Part shown: positions 1-8,800 of the stretch, one piece after another
Position numbering within the stretch: position 1 is the first letter of the stretch
How the letters are laid out: the number at the start of each line of letters is the position of its first letter
Source of the DNA: Caecitellus pseudoparvulus
Taxonomy: Eukaryota > Protista > Bigyra: Bicosoecida
Assembly: GCA_965644315.1 (NCBI GenBank)
Contig: CBFFRQ010000149.1
Span: 48,941 to 112,940, forward strand
Length of the DNA stretch: 64,000 nt
Direction: 5' to 3'
Translations under genes and position numbers: made by a program
The notes under the pieces: generated by a model
Told to the model about the DNA's origin: nothing
Seen by the model: only the letters and a program-made list of their open reading frames with translations
The model's database searches: none

Positions 1-1544
1 TCACCATCGCGGAACATATCTAATATTTCAGGTTGAACATCCCCCTTTTTTCTACCTTTTCGCCCTCTTGTTCGGTCTGCTACTGGTTGGGCTTGTCCTG
101 CTGTGTCGTCTTCGCCTTCTTCTTCGCTTTCTAATTCCTTTAATTCTGCTTCATTCCTTATTAATTTTTGCCTTAAATCTTCCATTGTCTTCTCTAATTT
201 ATTAATTTGTTGTTCAATTTTATTTTGTTCTTTCAATATGATTTTTTCCCTTTCTCTTTCTAATTTATTTAATTGCATTTGATTTAGTCGCACTGTCTGC
301 GCATCTAGTGTGCCTGTTTCTAATATTTCGTTAATTCTTCTTGCTTCATCTACAATTTTAAAATATCTTGTGCGTTCTTTTTCATTTTGAATATCTGGAT
401 TATCTGTGTTTAAACTGTTTAGCCTTGTTGTTAATTGTTCGTATTCTTCTAATAATCTTTCCCTTAGTTGTTCTTGTTCTTGAATTAATTTTTCTAATTT
501 CTGCATTTTTTCGGCTCTATCTTTTGCTCTTTTATATTTTTCTTCGGTTTCTTTAATTTCTTGTAATCTCTTTTTAACGTCTTTTCTATCTGTTAAATTG
601 GCGGTGCGTTGGTCGCTGTCCTTATCGTCTTTATATTGTCTTACGAATCGTTCAATTTCTTGATATGCACTTCTTGGGAGTAAATCTTTTAAATTATCAA
701 CTCCTTTTTTAACCTCTTCATTAATTCGCCTCATATCTTCATTAAATAAATCATTCTTTTTAGCTTTTATTATTTGGTTAAAATCACCGTTAAATTTTTG
801 TAGTCTGTCGGATGGGTTCATATTATAGCTATTTATTAAGGATTGTAAAACTAAATATATTTTAAAAATAACCTCATAATAATCCACACGCTCCAAATAA
901 TCGATATAAGTAGAAGATATTTTATTTTCGGTTCGTCCTTGTCCTGAGCCTTTTTCAGTGATAAATTTGCCGAATAAATCACGACCTATAAATAATTTCT
1001 CCATATTTCCCAAATAATTATCTATATGTGTTTCTGTTATTTGGGCGTATCTTTCTAATGAACTTATTGATAATCCTAAACCGTAGGCTTTTAAATTCCC
1101 TAGCACTTGTTTTGCTTCTTTGGCGTTATTTGTTACTTCTTTTAAAGAAAAATCAACGTTTGAAAGCTCACTAAAAAATAATTCAAATGAAGTTTTTACA
1201 GTTTCAGGCGTTTCAATATCCTCACGTTTTGGAGGTGGAAGCCCTAAATTTAGCGTTTTTAGTTGTTCTGCTCGTCGTTTTAATTGCTCTCTTACTTTCG
1301 TATTATCACTAAGAACACCACCTCGTATATTTCCTAATACCATATTATAATTTAATTGATTACTGTTTCCGCTGAAGCTATCAAGCCTATTAAATGAGCC
1401 CTGAGGTTGTGGTTTAGGTAATTTATATAAACCTTTTAAAAATCGTTCTTCATTTTTAGCGGTTTGTTTTAATCTATTTAATACGTTTCTTTTTGAATAA
1501 TTCGCATATTTCAAATGAAATAAATCTCTTTCTTTATTACTCAT
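1..1544 (-). CDS. Viral hypothetical protein, >510 aa, coiled-coil-rich C-terminal half; appears to run off the window edge (absent from the ORF track)
   Basis: ATG at 1544-1542. Manual translation gives MSNKERDLFHLKYANYSKRNVLNRLKQ...NIRGGVLSDNTKVREQLKRRAEQL...EKMQKLEKLIQEQEQLRERLLEEYEQL with no stop down to ~420; the remainder was not checked codon by codon. Confidence 0.8.
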   Translation of the reverse strand, partial: MSNKERDLFHLKYANYSKRNVLNRLKQTAKNEERFLKGLYKLPKPQPQGSFNRLDSFSGNSNQLNYNMVLGNIRGGVLSDNTKVREQLKRRAEQLKTLNLGLPPPKREDIETPETVKTSFELFFSELSNVDFSLKEVTNNAKEAKQVLGNLKAYGLGLSISSLERYAQITETHIDNYLGNMEKLFIGRDLFGKFITEKGSGQGRTENKISSTYIDYLERVDYYEVIFKIYLVLQSLINSYNMNPSDRLQKFNGDFNQIIKAKKNDLFNEDMRRINEEVKKGVDNLKDLLPRSAYQEIERFVRQYKDDKDSDQRTANLTDRKDVKKRLQEIKETEEKYKRAKDRAEKMQKLEKLIQEQEQLRERLLEEYEQLTTRLNSLNTDNPDIQNEKERTRYFKIVDEARRINEILETGTLDAQTVRLNQMQLNKLEREREKIILKEQNKIEQQINKLEKTMEDLRQKLIRNEAELKELESEEEGEDDTAGQAQPVADRTRGRKGRKKGDVQPEILDMFRDG

Positions 1545-1561
1545 ATATATTAAATAAGGAT

Positions 1562-1607
1562 ATTTTATTTTTATTGTTATATTAATTAATTAACGATAAA
1601 ATAAAAT
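1562..1607 (-). terminator. AT-rich palindrome/hairpin directly after the stop codon of the 213-aa gene
   Basis: Arms attttatttttattgtta (1562-1579) and taacgataaaataaaat (1591-1607) are near-complementary around a self-palindromic attaattaat core. The stop codon is at 1608-1610. Confidence 0.55.
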
Positions 1608-2249
1608 TTAATCTAATAAATGATTTTGTTTTATGTATTTTGAAGCTTCCCCAAGGCTCATATTATGCTCTTTCATCAGTTGTGAAACTAATTTATTCCG
1701 TTTTTTTTGTTTCTCTGATAATTTACGAGGCTTCTTAGCTTTTTTCATTTTACCATATCCAACAGCCTCTAAACCTGCCTTAATATGTTGTCCATATGGA
1801 AGAGCTGGAGAAATGGCTTTTATTACCTTTCCTGCGGGCTTCCACACCATATCGAACCCTTTCTTAAAATCCTTCCAGAAGCTACCACCCTTAATATGTC
1901 CGAGGTGTTTCTGTAATTCTTCCGCATATTTTTCGCCTAATTTCTGACCCCCTAAAAATTCACCCTGCTCACGGTCTGGAATTTTTGCCTTTTTAGCTCG
2001 TTTTCCTCCTACGGTTCTTTTTGTGCTTCCTAATAGACCCTCGAGGCGTTTATCTGTATATGGTTCGGTGTTTAATTCGCCATAACTTCGTCCTCCGTAA
2101 GTGCGGTTATGTTGTGATGGTAAGTGAATAAGTTGCGGAAAATATACTGTATGACCTTTACCCCCTTCAACTGTTGAATTTTCAAGGGTTCTTGATTGTT
2201 CCATATTTAATAATAAATCCCTTAGTTCTTGGTTTTCTACTTGTGACAT
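1608..2249 (-). CDS. Basic putative viral core/membrane-active protein (adenovirus protein VI-like amphipathic helix after a GG site)
   Basis: 213 aa with five GG motifs. IKGG|SFWKDFKKGFDMVWKPAGKVIKAI is an amphipathic segment, followed by a Lys-rich C-terminus ending LMKEHNMSLGEASKYIKQNHL. Confidence 0.7.
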   Translation of the reverse strand: MSQVENQELRDLLLNMEQSRTLENSTVEGGKGHTVYFPQLIHLPSQHNRTYGGRSYGELNTEPYTDKRLEGLLGSTKRTVGGKRAKKAKIPDREQGEFLGGQKLGEKYAEELQKHLGHIKGGSFWKDFKKGFDMVWKPAGKVIKAISPALPYGQHIKAGLEAVGYGKMKKAKKPRKLSEKQKKRNKLVSQLMKEHNMSLGEASKYIKQNHLLD

Positions 2250-2278
2250 ATAATATATATAACTATATTTTTTTTTCC

Positions 2279-4261
2279 TTAGCGTAAAATAAATTTTTTA
2301 GTGTGAATATTTAAAATATTTTTTAGTATATCTTTTAATTTATTTAGGTTTTGCTCCATTGTTTGAGGTTGTTTTAATATTGTTCTTATAGTTTGTAAAA
2401 TATTATTTTCCTTTTTTAAATAGGAATTTACACTGTATATATTAGATAACCTATAAATAAAACTTTCTATCGTATTTTTTATTTTATCGTTATTTGTTTT
2501 TGTTTCTAAATTTATTAACGTTAAAATAGCTACAATATCATTTATTACACTGTATAATATGCCAACTTCACCATTAAAAAAATTTGTTAATTCTTGTAGT
2601 CTTTTTAAAGTTTTTTCTTTTATTTTATCGCTTTTATTGTAAGTGTAAATATGTTTTAGTTTGGAATATTCACGTTTTAAAGCCTTGTAATATTCACCCT
2701 TCATTATATACGTTTTTATTTGGTCGTTTAATGTGTCCTTAATATTTACTCTATAATTATTTATTCTTTTATTTTGCTTATCCCTTAATTCGTATATTAT
2801 GGAAAAATCCATATATTTATTTCTTGTGAATCCTAAAGCGTCTATTTTTATTAATCCATCCGTTTTAAATGCTTGTTTTAGTGTGATTGTCTCGCCGTTT
2901 AATAGTGTTTTTTTTCCGTTTAATACTTCATCAGCAGTCCAACGCATAATATGAAATCTTAAAGCGTCTTTTATTTCTGCTAATTCTGCAGGTGTTGGAT
3001 TTTCCTTAATTAATTTATATAATTTGGCTTTTTCTATTTCGCTTAAAAATGATAACTTATTTTTTATATCTTCCTTTATTTGGCTTGGTTTGTATCCTAT
3101 TAATTTATTATTTTTTTTATAAATATTGGGTAAAATTTCAAATGGTCTATATTCACCGATTTTTATATCATCATAAATTAAATATATATTTTGTGCTTTT
3201 ATTAATTGTTTTACTTTATTTTGAAATTCTTTAACAAATTTATTTAAATTATCAACTTTAACGACTTCATATAAATCAAAATCTGAGGGGTAAATAGTCG
3301 CTTTTATTGCAGACGAGCCCATAACCTCAACATTATTTATATTAAATGAAAGAGCTTTTATTATTTCTATTGTATCGATTCCGTAATTTTGAGGCTTTTT
3401 TTTTGTTAATACTGACCCAGCACCCGTTATTTTATTCCACCAAGCCCCAAGGCGTGTGGCTACCTTTGACACTGGCGATAAATAAGAAGCGTTTTTTTTT
3501 AAATTATCGTAAATCTCGGATATATCCTGATATATAAATTTTGTTGTTCTGTCACTGCTTAAATTATTAGCTTCTAAAATTGATAATATGAAATTTTGGC
3601 AATTATTACTAAATGCATCATAATCAAAATATTTTTTATCGCCCATAAATTCCCTTGTTTTTTTTAACATTTGATTTAAATTTAAGCCTCCTTGATATTT
3701 TTCAACTGGTGTGCTTTCGCTGTGTTTATTTTGTTTTACATTAAAAGACACGTTTATTTCTGCGTTTTTCTCAACCACTACATAACGCCCATTAATAGAA
3801 CAAATTAAAGATAAATGAAAAAAATTATCAAATCCGTAATTATGCATAAGTTCCTTAAAATAACCAAAAGAAAGCGTATTTAATATATTAATTAAAGTTT
3901 TTTGAACTGGTGTGCGAACTATCATAATATTAGTTATTGGTTTATCGCCTACTTCTTTTAATGTGCGTTTTGTTTCGTTCGTGTAATCTGTGCGGTAATT
4001 AAAAGGCTTTGTTATGTTATCTTCAATCCTATCTATTGGTTTAAATTTATCTTTTACTTTATTATAACCTTTCTTTAAAAATGAAAATGTTGAACTTGCA
4101 CCTTTACGGAAAAAATCACCGATTCCTGAGCCGTGGAAGCTACTTAATATAATTTGTTTTAATTCTGCTTTTTTTATTTGTTTTGGTGGATATTCTCCAT
4201 AAAGCTCTTTATATAATCCTTTTAATTCCGCTTTTGTTAAATTATACGCTTGAGCTTTCAT
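2279..4261 (-). CDS. Viral fusion protein: permuted papain-like (NlpC/P60, PPPDE/LRAT-type) Cys hydrolase plus Pol-beta-superfamily nucleotidyltransferase
   Basis: FFH149L...EKN...YDAFSNNC221QNF gives His-before-Cys order with an NC motif. VMG315S-x10-D327FD329LY matches the hG[GS]x9-13DhD NTase signature, with a later IKID. Helical C-terminus. Confidence 0.7.
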   Translation of the reverse strand: MKAQAYNLTKAELKGLYKELYGEYPPKQIKKAELKQIILSSFHGSGIGDFFRKGASSTFSFLKKGYNKVKDKFKPIDRIEDNITKPFNYRTDYTNETKRTLKEVGDKPITNIMIVRTPVQKTLINILNTLSFGYFKELMHNYGFDNFFHLSLICSINGRYVVVEKNAEINVSFNVKQNKHSESTPVEKYQGGLNLNQMLKKTREFMGDKKYFDYDAFSNNCQNFILSILEANNLSSDRTTKFIYQDISEIYDNLKKNASYLSPVSKVATRLGAWWNKITGAGSVLTKKKPQNYGIDTIEIIKALSFNINNVEVMGSSAIKATIYPSDFDLYEVVKVDNLNKFVKEFQNKVKQLIKAQNIYLIYDDIKIGEYRPFEILPNIYKKNNKLIGYKPSQIKEDIKNKLSFLSEIEKAKLYKLIKENPTPAELAEIKDALRFHIMRWTADEVLNGKKTLLNGETITLKQAFKTDGLIKIDALGFTRNKYMDFSIIYELRDKQNKRINNYRVNIKDTLNDQIKTYIMKGEYYKALKREYSKLKHIYTYNKSDKIKEKTLKRLQELTNFFNGEVGILYSVINDIVAILTLINLETKTNNDKIKNTIESFIYRLSNIYSVNSYLKKENNILQTIRTILKQPQTMEQNLNKLKDILKNILNIHTKKFILR

Positions 4262-4315
4262 AATGTATATATATAATAGGTTGATAATTTATTTAAATAA
4301 AATATTTATTAATAC

Positions 4316-4519
4316 TTAATTTAAATTATTGTATTCTTTTAATAGTTCTACATATTCATTTATCTCGTGAGGTAAAAAATATATTGAAATTTGAGAATAA
4401 AAAAACGGACGGTTAATATCCATAAATCCACTAATGCTCTCATTAAATCGCTCTTTTAATGAAACAGTTTTTAAATATTGTTGATTGGTTTTTGAGATGA
4501 ACTCCATATAATATAACAT
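4316..4519 (-). CDS. Small viral hypothetical protein (67 aa)
   Basis: ATG-started ORF preceded by the same 60-bp upstream/N-terminal block as the 209-aa gene. Confidence 0.5.
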   Translation of the reverse strand: MLYYMEFISKTNQQYLKTVSLKERFNESISGFMDINRPFFYSQISIYFLPHEINEYVELLKEYNNLN

Positions 4520-4561
4520 ATAATTAAATCTTTAAGTGGTTTTGTTTAAGTATAAAAATAA
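4502..4561 (-). promoter_or_regulatory. Duplicated promoter/start block, copy 1
   Basis: ctccatataatataacatataattaaatctttaagtggttttgtttaagtataaaaataa is 57/60 identical to 5179-5238. Confidence 0.7.
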
Positions 4562-4566
4562 CATAT

Positions 4567-5196
4567 TTAAAAAATTTCAGGTGGATTAAATGCAAAAAAA
4601 ATATGCTCTTGTGTTATATTTTCAATTTTTGCATAAAATTTAACCAGTTCTTTATCAATATAATAATGGGTATTACAATATCTATTATCCGATTTTTTAA
4701 TATGTTTATATTCTTCGTGTAACGTATTTTTTAATTTATTATAAATAATATCATAATTTAAACAATCTATATATTTATATATTGAGCGTATATTATATTT
4801 AAATCCAAAATTAATTAAATCAATTTTTTTATTATTATCACTAATCTCTAATTTAACGCCAATAAAAATTTTTTCATTTCGAAACTTTTGAAAGTATGGT
4901 TCGTTATCTACTTGTATTAATTTTACCGTTTTTTTTAATTCTTCATAATTTTTTAATCGTTTTCTAAATATACAATATCCAAAATAATTTTTTATGGATT
5001 TATGATTTAAATCGTATCTCATTAAAATATATTCAGAATCCCATAATTTAGTTTCATAATAATTATTTATTAATGTGCTTATTTTTGTTGCATAAAATAA
5101 TTGATCTTTAAATATATCTTTGATAGTAATATTATTATGTTCATTTGTAAAATTAAATAAATAAAATTTAATATCAACCTCCATATAATATCCCAT
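4567..5196 (-). CDS. Viral hypothetical protein (209 aa, Y/K/I/N-rich)
   Basis: Long ORF in very AT-rich DNA; no recognisable motif. Confidence 0.65.
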   Translation of the reverse strand: MGYYMEVDIKFYLFNFTNEHNNITIKDIFKDQLFYATKISTLINNYYETKLWDSEYILMRYDLNHKSIKNYFGYCIFRKRLKNYEELKKTVKLIQVDNEPYFQKFRNEKIFIGVKLEISDNNKKIDLINFGFKYNIRSIYKYIDCLNYDIIYNKLKNTLHEEYKHIKKSDNRYCNTHYYIDKELVKFYAKIENITQEHIFFAFNPPEIF

Positions 5197-5238
5197 ATAA
5201 ATAAATCTTTAAGTGGTTTTGTTTAAGTATAAAAATAA
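5179..5238 (-). promoter_or_regulatory. Duplicated promoter/start block, copy 2
   Basis: Same 60-bp block. On the - strand it reads tatACTTAAAcaaaaccACTTAAAgattta just upstream of the ATG. Confidence 0.7.
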
Positions 5239-5239
5239 T

Positions 5240-5885
5240 AAAAAAATAACAATTGAAGAGGCTTTTATTATATACTCTATTATTTATTTTATTGGTGATG
5301 CCTTTTAATATCTCATTTGATGAAGCCTATTTTATTGATTGATTGACTGATTAATAAAATAATTAATTGACTGATTGAATAAATATATATTTTCCCTAGC
5401 ACTTTTTATATCCCTAACTATTTTTATTTATTTTTTAAAAATTTATTGATTGAGCGAATGTATGAAGGTTTTATATGCTTTTAGAAGGTTATACTGTTTT
5501 AGGGTAAAAATAAGGGTTAAATCCCTAAAAAAAAAAAACTTTTTTTATTTTATTATTTCTGAAAGATATTATTTTTTTTTGGGGTAATTTTAAAATTTTA
5601 ACCCTAAAAACTTTAATTATTTATATTTTTATTATTAGGGACTAAATAAGGGATAAATCCCTAAAAAAGAAAAACTATTTTTATTTTATTATTTATAAAA
5701 AATATTATTTTTTTTTGGGGACTTTATATTATAATATTTTCTTACGAAAATCCTTTTAATTTCCCATATGAGAAATACCATAAAATATAATTTCGCAGAA
5801 ATTAAATGCGGAGCAAGGAGGAGGAATGAGAAATAAGCGGAGCGAAATAATCTCCTTCCTCCTTTGTTGTTCTATTATGCTTATC
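5240..5885. repeat. Non-coding terminal region of the viral element (candidate TIR) with ~85-bp imperfect direct repeats and a terminal stem-loop
   Basis: Repeats taggg..aataaggg.taaatccctaaaaaa...tattatttttttt.gggg at ~5499-5585 and ~5636-5722. ttgactgatt occurs twice near 5340-5376. Purine/pyrimidine inverted arms caaggaggagga...tccttcctcctttg at ~5815-5866. Confidence 0.65.
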
Positions 5886-8800
5886 GCGTGACGACTGCAC
5901 CCCTCATCCAAACTCAGCCCGGAGCATTTGTGGTGGGGGTGTCCGCTGGCTGGCATCATGCGTGTGCGCTGTTCACCGGCGGGCGTGTGGCCTGCTGGGG
6001 CCAGCCCGCGGAGGAAGACGAGTACAATTATGGCGGTCGAGGGCGGCTCGGGTATGGCAACTTGGACTGGGTGGGGCTGGCCAACAGGACTTCAGTTGCC
6101 GAGGCTGGGTATGTGAATACGTCTGCAGCCGTGGTGGAAGTGTTTGCCGGCGCCCGCACCACATGTGTGACGCTGGTGGACGGGGGTGCCCAGTGCTGGG
6201 GTGAGGGTGCAGGGGGCCTGTTGGGGTACGGCAATGTGGATGACATCGGAGATGATGAGGTGCCAGCCTCGGTGGGGCCACTGCCGCTGACCAAGAATGT
6301 GCGCAGCATGATTGTGGGTGCGCGATTCACCTGTGCGATCTTCGACTCCGGCGACTTGCACTGCTGGGGAAGCGCAGCGTACGGGCAGCGCGGCGACGGC
6401 GGGGGCGGTGACCGTGCCGCAGATGGCGTGCCCATGTTCCTCATGGCGCCAGTGCGGTATGCCTTGGATCTGGGCATGATGGTGACTCTGGGGGGCATTG
6501 ATACAAACCTGGCAGTGGTCGGCAGTCGTGGCGCGTGGGGCAGCGTCGCGGAAGTGTTCAGCGGGGGGGACACAAACCTGGGCGGGCTGGTGGCAGTGCC
6601 CCCTTGGCTGCTGCAAATCATGCAGGGGGCGTACTGGGTGGACATTCCCACGCCCACTGCGGTGTTCGGCTCAGCATGCTCGGGGTCTGGCATGCCGACC
6701 ACTGAAGCCAACGGCATTTGCGCCGCTGACAGCAGCTGCTCGGTAGTGGCAGGGGGAACGGCTGTGCAGCCTTGGTCCATGTCCTGTGTGTGGCCAGAGG
6801 ATTGGGCAACCTCCCCTGTGCTGCGCGTTGACGCCGTCCGCTCTGCAGCAGACGTGTCCACCCGCCCCCGTGTGCCCAGCACGGGGGGCGTGCCGCTGGC
6901 TCTGATCGGCTCCTTCTGGCCTCTCGTGCTGCAAACGCCGGATCCATCTGCGTTGTTGCCGTCTGGGGCTGCCTTTTGGGTTCAAGTCGGGGAAGCACAG
7001 TGCACGGGAGCTCGAGTCCTGTCAGCGACGCTCATTTCTTGCACGGCCCCTGCTCTGCCAGACGCAGACGTGTCTGGGGGCGTGGGAGTGACGCTGCACC
7101 ACGTCTTCGATTCTCCTGCCGGCTCTGTGGGTGCACAAGAGGTGCTGCTGTATGCACAACCCTCCCTCACGGTGGCCCTTCCCAGCAGCGGCTTTCCTCA
7201 GGGTGGTGGGGCTGTCGTGTTGCGTGGGGAGCACTTGGCCCAGCGGGCTGTCAATGGCTCTAACTTGCAGTATGAGCTGCCGCCAGCAGCCAGTGAAGTC
7301 TTCGTCGCGAATACCAGCGAGCCTGGCGCAGTTCCCATGACATCATGCCCACTACTTCTCCCCCTCCTGGCAGGTGAAGTGCGGTGCTTGCTTGGGCCTG
7401 GTACAGGCAGCGTGTGGCTGCGCATGACAGTGGCAGGGCAAACGACACAGTCCGTGCGGGTGGACTACGCTGTGCCGGAGCTCCTGAGCGTGGAGCCCGC
7501 CGAGCTGCTGACGACCAACGACTCCTCCGCTGCCAACTTGGTGTTTGCCGGCCAGAACTTCGGCACGCCCGGGACGCCGCTGCATGCATCTGTGGCCGGC
7601 ATTCCTTGCACAACGACAACTCGGCTGAGTGCTACTGCAGTACAATGCGGTGGCCTGCCGACTGACGCGCTCTACGGGGTGTCAGAGACAGTTGGTGCCG
7701 AGGTGCAGGTGGGCGAGGCTTCAGCTGCCCTTCCACAGGCAGTGCGGGTTGTCGGCAGCATGAGCCTGGTGTCCCTGGAACCGGTGCCGCTGCCTGCTTC
7801 TGGCGGCCTCGTGACTATGTACGGAGTCGGCCTTGGGCGGTCACCAGCATCCGCAGGTGCAGGTGGTGACGTGGCAGACGTTGTCTTCGGCTCAGGCACC
7901 AACAGTGTGCGGTGTACCAACATCTCCGCAGATGCCAGCCAGCTCACTTGCCAGCTTCCTGCTGGGGCGGGCCCACTGGGAGTCGTTCGCGCTGTGCGTG
8001 TGGGGGAGTGGTGGCCACACTGCAAGGCGAGTACATCCAGTATAGCCCCACATCAGCCACGGGCGTGTCTGTGGCACGCTTGGTCGTGTCTGCGCCAGAC
8101 ATGGCATATGCTCAGTCCTTCAGCATCACGGGGAGGAATTTCGCCTCCCGCAGCGGTGCTCCAGAAGTGTCCAGCGCTTTGGTCGTAACTGTGAATGGTA
8201 TCAGCTGTCCTTCTGTAGAATGGGTGTCGCTTGAGCGGGTGAACTGCTCAGGGCTCGTTGTCCCGCACACCACAAGTACCCCCCTCCAGCTACAGGTCTC
8301 GCTGCCCGGGCTATGGAGTACCACGCCACTGGTTCTTCCTGTACAAACTCAGCCCCTCGTGGCAGCCGTGTTGCCGCCCCTCGTCTCGGCGGGCGGCGGG
8401 CGCACCATCCGCATTGTCGGCAGCGGCTTCGTGCCAGGTGGGGGCATGGGGCCAGGCCCCACCTCCTTCGTGAACGTCACAGTCGGAAAGGCGGCTTGTG
8501 GGGCGGTGCACGTTCTGAGCGATGGGGAGATCGCCTGTCAGTCTCCGTCCTTGGACGCCGCCGGCGCAAGCTCCAGCGAGGTGCGCGTGCATACAGCAGC
8601 TGGGTGGGACAGCGGGCCCGGCCCCGAGTTGCTGTTTTCCACGCCCGAGGTCTTGCGGGTTCAAGGCCTTGCCGTGCAGCATGCTGTCCTTGGCGCACCT
8701 GGCGATGTTGCCACGCTGACCCTGGACGGGCTGGCCCTGGGCGACCCTGCGGCAGGGGCTGGAAACGGCTCGCTCATGCTGGGCGACATGGAGTGCAGGG

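Larger units (their letters stand above)
1..5885. mobile_element. One end of an AT-rich endogenous viral element (virophage / Polinton-like virus); continues beyond the window start
   Basis: Sharp switch from AT-rich to GC-rich DNA at ~5885. Compact intronless co-oriented ORFs with very short intergenic spacers, adenain-type xGG/xGxG motifs in the proteins, a ~650 bp non-coding repeat-rich end, and a junction inside a host CDS. No hallmark MCP/ATPase/pPolB/integrase gene is in the window. Confidence 0.85.

Noticed and set aside
368-3537. Short + strand ORFs in the AT-rich block
   Set aside because: They are antisense shadows of the long - strand genes.
5864-5885. TTG-started N-terminus (MLFYYAY) of the 774-aa ORF
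   Set aside because: These codons come from the AT-rich element end and only happen to be in frame with the truncated host gene.
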